Shown here in pieces: positions 1-11,904 of a stretch of DNA of 64,000 nucleotides. The notes beneath the pieces were generated by a model, which made no database searches, was not told where the DNA came from, and was given only the letters and a program-made list of their open reading frames with translations. The translations under genes and the position numbers were made by a program. The stretch is from NCBI RefSeq assembly GCF_028641065.1, contig NC_073404.1:22630001-22694000 (forward strand), given 5' to 3'. This DNA comes from Leucoraja erinacea. Lineage: Eukaryota. Positions within the stretch are counted from its first letter, which is position 1. The number at the start of each line of letters is the position of its first letter.

Positions 1-859
1 TTAGCATCTGTGTCAGATCTGAAGATAAAAAAACAACTCAGTGTTTTCTACATTTGCAGCCTACACGCTTTAGTTTAAATCAAAGTTACCATAAGCACTG
101 AATGGGCTGGCATGGGACCTGCCCAAATCCCTTACTTCCCATGAAAAGCACAAGGATGGAAAATGTCACAGGACAGGGTGTGGAAGCAAAATGTTAAGCT
201 TCGTGGCTGAAATAAAAATCAGTTAGTAGGAGAGGCACCCTCAGTGGTTGATGCTTGCACCATCCCTTCTACTCTCCTCTTTTGCCTTCCCTTATAACTC
301 CTTTTGGTTATTGAATTGCAATTTTCTTTCTCTGACCCCCTCTGCAACTTTTCATAGTTTGCCCGTCGCGATACCTGATGTTATTTTTAAACTCACAAAC
401 ATAAATGTGCAACAGTAAATCACAATTCTTCACCTACTATAATACCCCAGTGAAACCACCTAGCTTGCAAAGGTGTGACAAACAGTACATTCCTTACTAG
501 CCAACAATTGAAAGCACTACATGTCTGGTGAATAAATAAAAGGAAAGCATCATGCTCCAATTCACTCTTTGATCTGGATGGGCTTAGACAAGAACAGCTG
601 TAGTATCACCCCATCCCATCCCCTGCTGCTGTTGCTGCCATGGGCTGTGCAGTGTACTAATTGGGGGGAACAACCGAGAGGCCAGTGTAGGTGTAATCGA
701 AGCAAAGAGCAGAAGCAGCTGCATTAGAACCCTGCTGGGTCAGAGTAACAATAGGATTAGGAGCCCAATGCAGGAGAGTTTCAAAGTCATTCTGCGAGGG
801 TTCTGCAATGTTCTTGAGATAGAGAGGTGAAATAGAGTGGTGGAAGAAGGGTGACGAAA

Positions 860-1510
860 GTGAAAGGATTAGTTCAGATCCTACTGTCGGAGGGCGAGGC
901 AAGGTTCAGAACCATCCTTGAGAGGGCACAGTAAGATTCAGCTCTCACTGATGGAGGGAGAGATAGGTTTAGGATCTGACTGTGGGTGGGAGTGGTGGAG
1001 TTAGGATCTCACTGTTGGAGGGAGAGATGAGATTAGGATCCAACTGTGGCTAGGAGCGGGTGGGATAAGCTCCCACTGTGGGACGGAGTGATGGGGATAG
1101 ATCCGATTGTAGCAGGGAGCGGTGGGGTTACATCCCACTGTGGGGGGGGGGGGCATAGGTGGGGTTAGATCCCATTGCGGAGGCCCATTGCGGAGGGGGT
1201 AGGATCTCACTTTGGGAAGGTGAGATAAGATTAGGACCCCACTGTGGGAGGGAGAGGTGGGATTAGGATCTCACTATGAAAGGCATGAAAGAGCAAGGAT
1301 CCCACCAAGATTCTGGTGCTGTGAGATCCTACAAAGATCATTGTGGGAGCACGTGTTAGGACTGCACAGGGTTCGGCTGCAGCTCCATCCCTGGGTGACG
1401 AAAGTATGGTTAGGATGCCACTGCTGAAGGAAGAGGTGGGTTTAGGAGCTGAAAGGAGGGGGAGGATTAGGATGCAATTATGGGAGGGAGAATAATGATG
1501 TGGGACTGAC
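860..1510. repeat. Degenerate minisatellite, about 38-40 bp unit (GGGGTTAGGATCCCACTGTGGGAGGGAGAGGT-like), roughly 16 copies
   Basis: Recurring ttaggatc(c/t)cactgtggga motif at about 39-bp spacing (e.g. 969, 1001, 1033, 1165, 1199, 1231, 1263). Confidence 0.85.
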
Positions 1511-2632
1511 TGCGGAATGGTTTGGGAGTAAGCAGTTACTTTTTTTTTTAAATTGTTATTTATTTTTCAACAACTGAAACAATAATCTTTACAGGTTTCT
1601 GGGGTCTCAGCATAAGGAGGTGAGTGTTACAAAAGGCATGTTGTATTTCGCCACCTAAGATCCCAGAATGGTACACATAGATTACATAAAATGTACAGCA
1701 CAAAAGCAGCCGCTCAGCCTGACTGGTCCACCTTGGTGGTTATGCTGAACACGGCCTCCTTCCCTGGCAGCTGATCCAGTACTAGCAACGCATCAGTATC
1801 AGAGGCAAAGCCCATTCCTCACTGCAGCAATTCTTCAGAGAGAACTAACTTAGCACAGATCAGTGACAAAGTGTAAGATTTTCCTGGTCTAATTATTTCA
1901 GTGCCATTTACCCCACTGGTCTGAGATGGGAGCTTTAGATCATCTTTCAATGAGGGTTACCCGGAGCTAATATCCAAGTGTTCAATATCAGTAGTATTAT
2001 GATGAAATTAATTACTGGTTTCCACCAGTTTCCATTCAGTTTTAGTGTTCTCCAAGTTGCACAGCTTGAGTCATTCAAATGTGAAAGTCAATTGAAGACA
2101 ATTACCGATCCTTGAGGTGTCTCAGTTAGCCACCTTGTATAATAGAGAAGCCTGCATGTGATTTAAACATGTCCCTGATCAGGAGTGCAAATTTCAAAAC
2201 CCTTATCTACTAAAAAAAAATGTCTTCCTTCTCATTATAAAATAAATGCTAAATCTTTTGATGCAAAAGTACAGAGTCCCCTTTGTCTGACTACAAGGGC
2301 AGTACCAGGATATTCTGCACAGTGGAAATATGTGGCCATGATCCCAATGGTGAGTGGGGCACATCCCTAGACAGATGGATGGAAGGAAGGACAGTGCTGC
2401 TGGATTAATCATATGCTTCGGATTTAAGACATATTTTACATCAAGGATTTGGAACTGTGCTCAGCTCGTTAGTAATAGAACACCAAGAATCAGGAAAGCC
2501 AGACAAAGCTTCTGTATATTACGGCCATCATTGGGACTTCTCCATTTGTCACATACACACACTGCAGAGCTTCAGCAACTAATTCACGGCTCAACTAAAA
2601 CTTGCAGCACAAAACCCAGCCAGCTAGAGATG

Positions 2633-2810
2633 TAATAGGAAGGGACTGCATATGCTGGTTTACACCAAAGGTAGACACTAAATGCTGGAGTAATCAGTGG
2701 GTCAGGCAGCATCTATGGGAACAAGGACAGGTGAGTTTTGTGTCCCTATCCTTTTTTTTTCAGAGATGCTGTCTGATCCACTGGGTTACTCCAGCACTTT
2801 GTGTCTATCT
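2633..2810. mobile_element. Penelope-derived terminal repeat, palindromic copy (degraded)
   Basis: tagacactaaatgctggagtaatcagtgggtcaggcagcatct ... agatgctgtctgatccactgggttactccagcactttgtgtcta inverted arms; same family as 35950, 39037 and 62735. Confidence 0.8.
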
Positions 2811-4829
2811 CAGTTAGACGTGTGTTTTTGTAGGGAAATAAACTTAATTTCCTATTGGATAAATTACCCAAAAAGAGAATAATTTAATAAAATTCCCATT
2901 TCAATAATCAGTTAGCTAAATGACCATTTAATAACACATTGATTGACATCTCCATTGGGTGGGGTAACCAAGCTGTTGGTTACCAAGAAGGGTTGACAGC
3001 ACCATCAACCAGTTTGGATTATTTTACTGTGGAAGTTCTGAGGCAGGATGGAGGCAGTACATCATTGTCACTCATCTTTGCACTCACCGCAGTGGCAATA
3101 TGTTTGGTTTTATTAAAAGACTATAAAGAATTCTGTCTAAACCCCACAGGGTGCAGCAAGGAAGTCTTATTTAGCTGAACAGTTTAGATAGTTTACTGAG
3201 TTTTCAACTTCCACGAAAGAAGGATTATTCACAAATAATTCAATAATGAACCAGGAATCGAATTTGCCTCTAGAAAGAAATGAGATCTTTCCCGAGTGAG
3301 TTTTGTGAAACTCTGGCACTATAATAACTGAGGGGAGTAGCACATGACTTCTCTGCCACAATTTACTTGCAGCTCTTCTCGTTTCACGTTTAAAGCACAC
3401 CCTGTCCTAGAATTCAGTTTGCAACATCTCAAATGAGCGAAGAAATTAAATTAAACAGCCCATAAAGACTGGGGTCACCAACATGATACTCAGACCATGC
3501 TTGAAACTACTATTCCCCAGATATAAACCAATGACTCAACTATATACAGCTCTCAGGGAAATCTTCAGATTTACAACCTACTCCGGTAATTCAAACTTTA
3601 TTCCACCAGGAAAATTTGAATTATCCAATCCTTCAAATGACATTGTGCACAATAATGGTAGTTTAGCACTTCAATGGTTGAAAGGTCAGATAATTAAAAT
3701 TGAGGGATTAGTGTCAATGAATGGATCATAAAAAGTGAGAGTTTCAAAATTGATTTTGGTACAGACACTTATTTTTTTGTTTTGCTGAAGTATATCAAGC
3801 TAATGCCAAAGTAGTAGGAATTGTCAGTCCACTGCGATGGATATCACTCATTGGAACGTCCTATTCCTTATTGCACATTTTTGAGCTGGTAGCATCAACC
3901 TCTCATAACGGGATTTGTAACTTTTCAATCAAGGCATTGACAGTGTTACATCCTCAGGTAGAAACCAGGATCCAGCAGCACTGTCCTTCAATTTAAAGCT
4001 CTCCAAGTTTGGTGACGGCACCAGATAGAGAAAGGTCATCGGGCAGGGGGGGGGGGGGGGGGGGGGGGGGGGGATTACCAGCTCTAGTATTAAGCACGAC
4101 TCATGTAAGTCAGACAAAGGGGGAACTTCAGCAAGGTCAAACAGAAAGGAGATCGGAGGTTGCATCCGAGATCATTGTGGCCTCGTTTAAATAAATCTCT
4201 GGGGATAAGCATTTCTATTACTGTGCAATAAAGTGGACAAAATACCCCAGGTCCTTCTTGTTCATTGAATTTATGCTGCATGTTACAGGATTTTTTAAGG
4301 ATGTGAAAATGTTTCCTTTCTGTGTCTGAAACTCTCATTGAACTTGTCGTTTAATCCACTGCTCTTCACCAGCAGTGCTTGATATTGTAAAGATGTGGAT
4401 GGCTGTCATTGTTGTCAGTTCTGCCCTCTCTGCGAGGATTGCCCTGATTTGTAACTGTGCTGTAGAGCTGATTGTGCTGGTTTATATGTTGCAGTTTGTT
4501 GCAGAAATGAGGGACAGTGCTGTCTCCCGTCTGCTCCCCCAGCCATTGCCTTCTTGTAAAGTATGTTCATGCTTTGGTTGCAAATGGCTTCCTGCGTTGT
4601 GAATTCTTACACAAAATAAACAATTCTGATCAATGATATTGTGTGGTCTACTGCAATTGTTCGCCTTTCAGATGGATCTTTATACAGTAATTACAACATC
4701 CTTCTGAAGGAACAGAAAAGACAAATTGAAAGATGGGTTATTCCCCACCTAATATTTCCTGGAATGTTTTACAGAAGGACTTTACAGAATATACTTGCCA
4801 AATACAGGAGCAAGATTAGGTGAAGAAAA

Positions 4830-5110
4830 ATGAGAAAGGATTTAATTGAAACATACAAATTTTGACAGGGATTATTGTGTAAACGGATTGTCTAGAACAA
4901 GTAATAAAACATTTAGGACCAAAATAAGGGGAGATTTCTTCACTCACTGGGTGATAAACCTTTGTAATTCTCAGCAGCAAAGTGCTGTGGAGGCCAAGTA
5001 CCTGAACCTGTTCGACCTGAATATATTATTAAGAAGATTGCATGGAGAGGCACAACTTGCTCACAGGACTGAATGGCCTACTCCTGTCCTATTTTTTCAA
5101 GTTTCCACAT
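4830..5110 (+). mobile_element. CR1-like LINE 3' end fragment (degraded)
   Basis: Eroded RxDLIETY..FFTHWVINLCNS remnant and gactgaatggcctactcctg 3' tail. Confidence 0.65.
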
Positions 5111-6071
5111 AAAACAAATCCCTATGTATAAAGTTTATTCAAGAGTGTTTAATTGTCACGTGTACCGAAACACAACAATGGAATTTGTAATTTGAATTTC
5201 AATATAAAGAATGAAGTTATTGCTTATTGTCAGCAAGTTACTCTGTTGTCCTTCTTTGATGATGATACTTTATTGTCACTTGAACCTAGCAAAAGTGAAT
5301 TTATTTGTTTTTGCATACAAAGTACACAAAAGAGTCGCAGTCTCTCGGTACTTCAGGAACAAAAGGTGTGGCGACAGAAAGCAATCCAATACTAGCAGTG
5401 GGTGGCACTAGAAGTGCTCAACGATGACACCAGGTATTAGGTCCCATGGCATCAGTGACCACAGGTGACCAATTTGGCAGAGTCCTGAAGGACATGACTC
5501 CAGCAGGTAATTAGTGAAGCAACACAAGAGAACCGTTTAATTGACCACATCATTACTAATCTACTGATTGTTGGTCCACAACAACATGGGTAAAAAGACC
5601 ATCACATGGTTAATGGAAGCAAAGTTCTGTTTCCACACTTTGTGGTACGACAACTGTCTGCTAAATGGGATGGCCTCAGACAAATTTAGCACCTCAATAT
5701 TGGAATCCATGAAGCACCTTGGACTATTAGCAGCAGAAATGTAGTGCCACACCCTGTAACTTTTTGGCCCAGTTTATGCATTATTCTACCATTGTAATCA
5801 AACTATGGGACCAACCCTAGTTCAACAACAAGCAGCACCAAGTAGATCCAACAATGTGAAGCTGCACACAGGACTATATATGTGCTTATAATCCAAAAGG
5901 TGTTAATAGTAGTGAAAAGAAACTACTGGGAAACTCAGCCGATCAGGCAGCATCTGTGGAGGCAGGGCTGCCAACTCTCACGCTTTGAGCGTGAGACTCA
6001 CTCATTTCAGCCAATTCTCACGCCCTCACGCTGAAGACAGAATTCTCACGCTGTCTTCAGTTCCTGCACAG

Positions 6072-6106
6072 CAAGGATCGTATAGCGGAGCTTTATACGA
6101 TCTTTG
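6072..6106. mobile_element. 35-bp hairpin insertion (CAAGGATCGTATA...TATACGATCTTTG) with 8-bp TSD; P-element-like footprint or mini-MITE
   Basis: TSD ctgcacag (6064-6071) and ctgcaaag (6107-6114); the paralogous copy at about 7126 has a single ctgcacag, i.e. the empty site. Confidence 0.75.
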
Positions 6107-6569
6107 CTGCAAAGTTTGTCTCTTTGCGCTATGACAGCGATCTATCTGTGCGATCTGGGGAAGCGTGTTGGTCGACGGCTGTGAGTGACGTCGCGTCTCT
6201 TCTCTCTTGGTTGGATGTGCAGCCGCCGGGTGTCAGCGCATCTGTTTGCCGGCTGTGAGCGCTGCGCTGCCGGCCGCCGCTGCAGCCTCGCTCCCTCCCT
6301 CCTGCCCTTCAACTCACACGGCAGCGCCAGCGCCAGGGCCGCCAATCCACGCTACACCCTGCCCGCCAGACTCCCCATTGGGCAGCCGGGAAGAGAGAGG
6401 GAGGGGGGAAAGAGAGAGAGAGGGAAAGAAAAAAAGGGAGGGATGGAGGCAAGGAGAGACAGGGGGAGAGAATGTAGAAAGGGGATGAAGAGGGAAGGGA
6501 AAGGGAAGAAAAGGGTGGGAGGGGGAGAAAGAGGTGGGATGGGGGTAGGAGGGAGGAAGGGGAGGAGGG

Positions 6570-6855
6570 TGTATGTGTATATGCGTGCTTGTGTGTCCGT
6601 CTCCCTGTGTGTGTCTCCTTGTATGTGTGTGTGTGTGTGTCTGTGTCTGTGTGTGTCTCCCTGTGTGTGTGCGCGTGTCTGTGTGTCTCCCTGTGTGTGT
6701 GTGTGTATGTCTGTGTGTGTGTGTGTCTCCCTGTGTGTGTGTGTGTCTGTGTCCCTGTGTGTGTGTGTGTGTATGTGTGTCTCCCTGTGTGTGTGCACGT
6801 GTCTGTGTCTCCGCGTGTGTGTGTGTATGTCTGTGTGTGTGTGTCCTCGTGTGTG
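6570..6855. repeat. Compound (GT)n microsatellite with repeated gtgtctccctgtgtgt units
   Basis: Directly visible; runs into the N gap. Confidence 0.95.
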
Positions 6856-7026
6856 NNNNNNNNNNNNNNNNNNNNNNNNNNNNNNNNNNNNNNNNNNNNN
6901 NNNNNNNNNNNNNNNNNNNNNNNNNNNNNNNNNNNNNNNNNNNNNNNNNNNNNNNNNNNNNNNNNNNNNNNNNNNNNNNNNNNNNNNNNNNNNNNNNNNN
7001 NNNNNNNNNNNNNNNNNNNNNNNNNN
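6856..7026. other. Assembly gap (171 N)
   Basis: Run of n. Confidence 1.
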
Positions 7027-7999
7027 CCCTGCGCGTCTGTTGTCACATCCTGGCCTTAGACAGGGCTGCCAACTCTCACGCTCGAGAGTCATGCATTTCA
7101 GCCAATTCTCACGCTGTCTTCAGTCCTGCACAGTTTGTCTCTTTTGCGCCACATCAGAGCGATCTGTGTGGTCTGTGGAAGAGCATCAGTTGGCAGCTGT
7201 GAGTGACGTCGCATCTCTTCTCTTCTCTTCTTTCTTGGTTGGATGTGCAGCCGCCAACAACATGAAGCAGCCGGAGATAGAACTAACCAGGTGAATTGGT
7301 TGTAAAACATGAGGGGGATCACAATGAGGCCAAACATCGAGAACAGGGTTCGGCAACCTACGGCACACGGGCCGAATCCGGCCCGTAACCCGAAAAACCA
7401 CGGGGGTTTTTTTCCAATTCGTTTTCGCAGGGTCGGGGCAGGCGAGCCGACCTGATAACTGCAGCCAGTCCCTGGGACGCGAGCTGATCTGGGAACGGCA
7501 GCCAGTCCCTGGGCACACAGAATACCAACTTGATCATTATGGACAAATTGGGCCAGCCATGCACATATTGTAAAACTGACTCTATGCAGATCTGAATGGA
7601 CTTAGAATGACCATTTAAGCAAAATTGCCCCACTTTCCCCATTTTGATTCTTGAGATTAATATCCCTTTGCTCTGTTAACAGCGTTAAAGTATTTATTTT
7701 AGTTTGCTTTAATTTGTTAGGTGATTTTTTGTTCTGCCATAATTTCTGAAATGGTCTTAAAGTAACTTAACTGTTATAAAGCAGTAATAAGTGATTTTTG
7801 CCCAAACAATTGGAACTTGCATAAAATGTTTGCATTATTAGCAGGGCTGCCAACTCTCCCGCATTTCACAAAATTCTCATGCTCTCACGATGATTACAAA
7901 ATTATATAATGAGAATAGGACCTGTTTTGCTTAACAAATAGTGTAGGAAGGAATTGCAGATGCTGTTTTAAACTGAAGATAGACACTAACAACTAGAAA

Positions 8000-8396
8000 C
8001 CCCCCCCATCCCAACTCCTCCCCCCCCCCAACTCCTCCCCCCCATCCCAACTCCTCCCCCCATCCCAACTCCTCCCCCCATCCCAACTCCTCCCCCCATC
8101 CCAACTCCTCCCCCATCCCAACTCCTCCCCCCATCCCAACTCCTCCCCCATCCCAACTCCTCCCCATCCCAACTCCTCCCCATCCCACTCCCCCCCCCCA
8201 TCCCCAACTCCTCCCCCATCCCCTCCTCCCTCATCCAACTCCTCCCCCATCCCAACTCCTCCCCCATCCCAACTCCTCCCCCATCCCAACTCCTCCCCCC
8301 ATCCCAACTCCTCCCCCCCATCCCAACTCCTCCCCCCCATCCCAACTCCTCCCCCCATCCCAACTCCTCCCCCCCCCATCCCAACTCCTCCCCCCA
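8000..8396. repeat. C-rich minisatellite (CATCCCAACTCCTCCCCC), about 17-19 bp unit, roughly 22 copies
   Basis: Directly visible tandem array with a variable-length C run. Confidence 0.97.
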
Positions 8397-8832
8397 CTAC
8401 GCTCCCTCGCAATTTCTCACTCTCAACTCTCACCCAATGTTGGCAGCCCTGGTGGAGGTAAATGGGCAGATGACGTTTTGGGTTGGGACACTTCTTCAGG
8501 CTTGTGATGCCACAACCAAAGGATGAGATCAAAACAACAGCCTAGCCACATCTAAACTTGGATAGCGGTGGACAATAAAATGTCTAAATGGAGCAGGCAG
8601 CTCCAACAACCCCACACTCAGTCATAGTAGGGCCCAGTATGCTATTGCTAATGTTCAGTAAGAAGTGTCAAGTGGGTGATCCATCCTGGGACTAGGGGAG
8701 CTATGGGACCAGACAATGTCCCAGTTGTAAAACTGAGGACTTGCATGCTAGAATTAACCATGCCTTAGCCACAGTGTTCCAGAACACCAATACTGGCATA
8801 TGTTTAACAACGTTGAACATTATCACACATAA

Positions 8833-9030
8833 GGTGGCACAGTGGTGCAGCGGTAGAGTTGTTGCCTTACAGCACCAGAGACCCTGGTTCGATCCAGATT
8901 ACGGGTGCTGTCTGTATGGAGTTTGCACATTCTCCCTGTGACCGCGTGGGTTTTTTCCAGATGCTCTCATTTCCCCCCAGCACTCCAAAGACATGCAGTT
9001 TTCTATGCTAATTGGCTTCTGGTGTGTAGT
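8833..9030 (+). mobile_element. tRNA-derived V-SINE (HE1-like)
   Basis: A-box-like tggtgcagcgg, B-box ggttcgatcc, V-domain-like tctgtatggagtttgcacattctccctgtgaccgcgtgggtttt. Confidence 0.8.
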
Positions 9031-9164
9031 GTGCGGGTGAACGTTATGGAAAATGAAGAACTTTGGGAAAGTGGACTGAATACTACGACTGCAAAAACAA
9101 AAACCTCAAAAGGTGTATTTATGCACAGTATCAGGGTGACCCAGGTTGGTTAATGAAGTAATTT

Positions 9165-9435
9165 AATGATAGGCAATGCGTCCAAACCATGGCTCTATAA
9201 TGAACATTAAAATAAATCACCAAATCAATCAAATCATCTGTTTTGGTGATGTTGGTGAGAATAAACATTGTCCAACCCAACAGAAACTCCCCGCATTTCC
9301 AATAATGGGAGGATGGGTACGTAAACAGTGAGGTTAAAATCTCATCCAAAACATGACACCTCCACTATTCAGCACTACTGCACTGAAATGGCAGCTTAGT
9401 CTCAGCGCTTCAAGCCTCTGGAATTTGAATCATCA
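9165..9435 (-). mobile_element. Deu-domain SINE remnant (SacSINE1/AmnSINE-like)
   Basis: atcatctgttttggtgatgttggtgagaataaacattgtcca is the reverse of the Deu-like core also present at about 15790. Confidence 0.55.
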
Positions 9436-9850
9436 ACTTTGCAAATCAGCTACACGAACAAGGCAAACAACTTCTCATCTCCCATCCTACAACCCACCCA
9501 CGCCAACAGATATTCAGTTATTTCCACCATATCTGTCATCATCTCATGAACATCCACCCATCTCTTGCCATCTTTGCATTTTCCAGTAACAGAAGTGGGT
9601 ATTTAACACTTTAGCACATTCTCCCATTCATTGAGATCAAAGCTAATCCATGATATTAATCTACATCCCTCAATGCATTTGGTTATCAAATAGCAGAGAT
9701 AAATTTACGTGATCTAATATTAATTGTTGGATGCAAACAATATCTACCGCCCCTTCCAATGAAAAGTAAAATAGCGCTAAATGTTTAAATTATGTCCTCA
9801 GTACTTGGCTAGCAAACGAGTAGAAATAACATCCATCTACTCCAATTGCC

Positions 9851-11901
9851 TTTTTTAAAAAATATATATATTTTTATTTGTACAGTAAATTACAATACTA
9901 CCCAAACATATGTCTTAATACATTTTTTGTACCGCTTTAAGAAAAAGTAAAGAAAGTAAAGAAAGTGTGCAAGTCGTGAAGGTGCAGGAGAGTGTTGAGA
10001 AAAGAAAGCCCATTAGAAAAGAAGTTAGAGAAGGAAGTAAAGAAAGAAAGAAGACCCTAGAAAAGAAGGAAAAAGAAAGGAGAAACAATCGCTCTATTAT
10101 AACATTAAACTCCGCAGAAAGGGGACTACCAACCAAGTCTGTTTTTGTTGTTTTGTTTTTTACCAGTTGCCAGATCCTGGTACCCTTTATTTATTTACTT
10201 ATTTATTTATTTTTTAGATTACTATTGCACCTTATGCTTGTAATAGTTCCAAAAACATAGACCACGTTTTTTGGAAGTGGTCTGGTTTGCCTGCTAAGAG
10301 GAATCTCATCTCTTCCAGATGTAGTGTTTCAAACATATTTGATATCCACAGTTTTATTGTTGATGTAGGCGCATTTTTCCAGAATTTAAGTATAAGCTTT
10401 TTTCCCATTATTAGCCCGTAATTGAGTAAATTCTTCTGAAACACGTTTAGTTCAGGGTTACCTTCCGATATTCCAAAAATAATCCATTCTGGTTTTGGTA
10501 CCAGTTTTATTTTAATTAATTTTGTAAAGATGTCAAATATTTCATTCCAGAATTTTTGTATTTTTGTACAAAAAACAAAAGAATGCGCTATGGTAGATTC
10601 TTGACACAGACATTTATCACAAATGGGTGAGACATTAGGGAAGAGTTTATTTATTTTAGTTTTTGAATAATATAGTCTATATAATGTTTTGAATTGGATG
10701 AGAGTATGTCGTACGTTGATCGAACATTTATGCACCTGTAATAAGTGATTATCCCAGCTCTCTTTGAAATTTTTATAGCTAATTCTTGTTCCCAGTCTCT
10801 TCTAATTCCATCAGTTGTGGGTATTTCTATATTTAAGATGATGTTATATAAGTACGATATTAGATTCGCTGATTCCGCCTTTGTCTTCATTGCTTCATCC
10901 AGTAAGTCTGTAGGCATATTATGATAGTCTTTTGTGTATTTTTTCAGATAATCACGAATTTGAAGATATTTAAAATATTGATTATATTTCAAATTATATT
11001 TCAGTTGTAGTTGTTGAAATGATAGTAATTTTCCCAATTCATACAGATCTCCGAGTGTTTTGATTCCCATTCTTTCCCATTGTATAAACGATTTGTCTAT
11101 AATTGATGGTTTAAACGATGGATTATTAACTATTGGTATTAAAAGAGATAGGTTTCTTAATTTTAGATTCTGTTTTATTTGTTTCCATGTTCTAATTGTG
11201 CTATGTATAATTGGATTTTTATTATAATTTTTGTTATTCAGATGTATTGGTGAGAGGAGAGTCGCTCCTATATTACACGGAGAGCAGTCCTCTCTTTCCA
11301 TTACAATCCAGTCCACCTGCTGGGCAGAATTGTTCAGCAGGTGAATCATATTTTTAATATTTACTGCCCAATTATAATACATAAGGTTAGGGAGCGCTAG
11401 ACCACCCAACTCTTTTCGTTTATTAAGGTGTGCTCTTTGTATTCTATGGGATTTATAATCCCATATAAAATTTGTAATGTCCGAGTCCAATTTTTTGAAA
11501 CACTTTTTTGGGAGATATATAGGTATTGATTGAAATAGGTATAGGATTTGTGGTAAAAAGATCATTTTTATAGCGTTTATTCTGCCTATTAGGGACATCG
11601 GAAGTGTTTTCCAGAATTTAATCAAATTATTTAGTTTCTTAAGTAAGGGATTATAATTGGCTTTAAACATATCATGGCAGTTTCTGGTAATTTCAATTCC
11701 CAGATATTTGAATTTTTCTGTGGCTACTTTAAAGGGGAATTTCCGGAGGTGTGTTGAGTCGTTGGGTTTTATCGACATAATTTCACGTTTGTTCCAGTTT
11801 ATTCTATATCCTGAGAAGGATCCAAAGTCCTCAATTAAATTTAATATGTTTGGTATACTAATTTGTGGTTTTGTGATGTACAATAGTACATCATCGGCGT
11901 A
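9851..11901 (-). mobile_element. L1-clade LINE, 5'-truncated ORF2 (RT C-terminal half plus CCHC finger) and 3' UTR
   Basis: YADDVLL at the 5' junction, 410-aa ORF (FSGYRINWNK, FKYLGI, GGLALPN) and 167-aa ORF (CDKC..HSFVFC) split by one frameshift near 10755; aataaa and A-rich tail on the minus strand near 9851-9880. Confidence 0.93.
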
Positions 11902-11904
11902 GGT

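Larger units (their letters stand above)
5963..8451. mobile_element. Non-autonomous TIR DNA transposon (about 2.5 kb composite), TIR CAGGGCTGCCAAC, 7-bp TSD GTGGAGG
   Basis: cagggctgccaac at 5963 and gttggcagccctg ending 8451; gtggagg at 5956-5962 and 8452-8458; flanks rejoin into one Penelope-derived repeat; further internal left ends at about 7060 and 7842. Confidence 0.8.

Noticed and set aside
6185-7294. 369-aa ORF and overlapping 156-246 aa ORFs
   Set aside because: Read-through of GA/GT microsatellites and the N gap inside a DNA transposon; low complexity, no domain
7931-8532. Gly/Trp-rich repetitive ORFs (GEELGW repeats)
   Set aside because: Translation of a minisatellite whose units vary by single bases, so no frame is conserved
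8833-8900. tRNA-like A and B boxes
   Set aside because: Head of a V-SINE that continues into the SINE body; no complete cloverleaf
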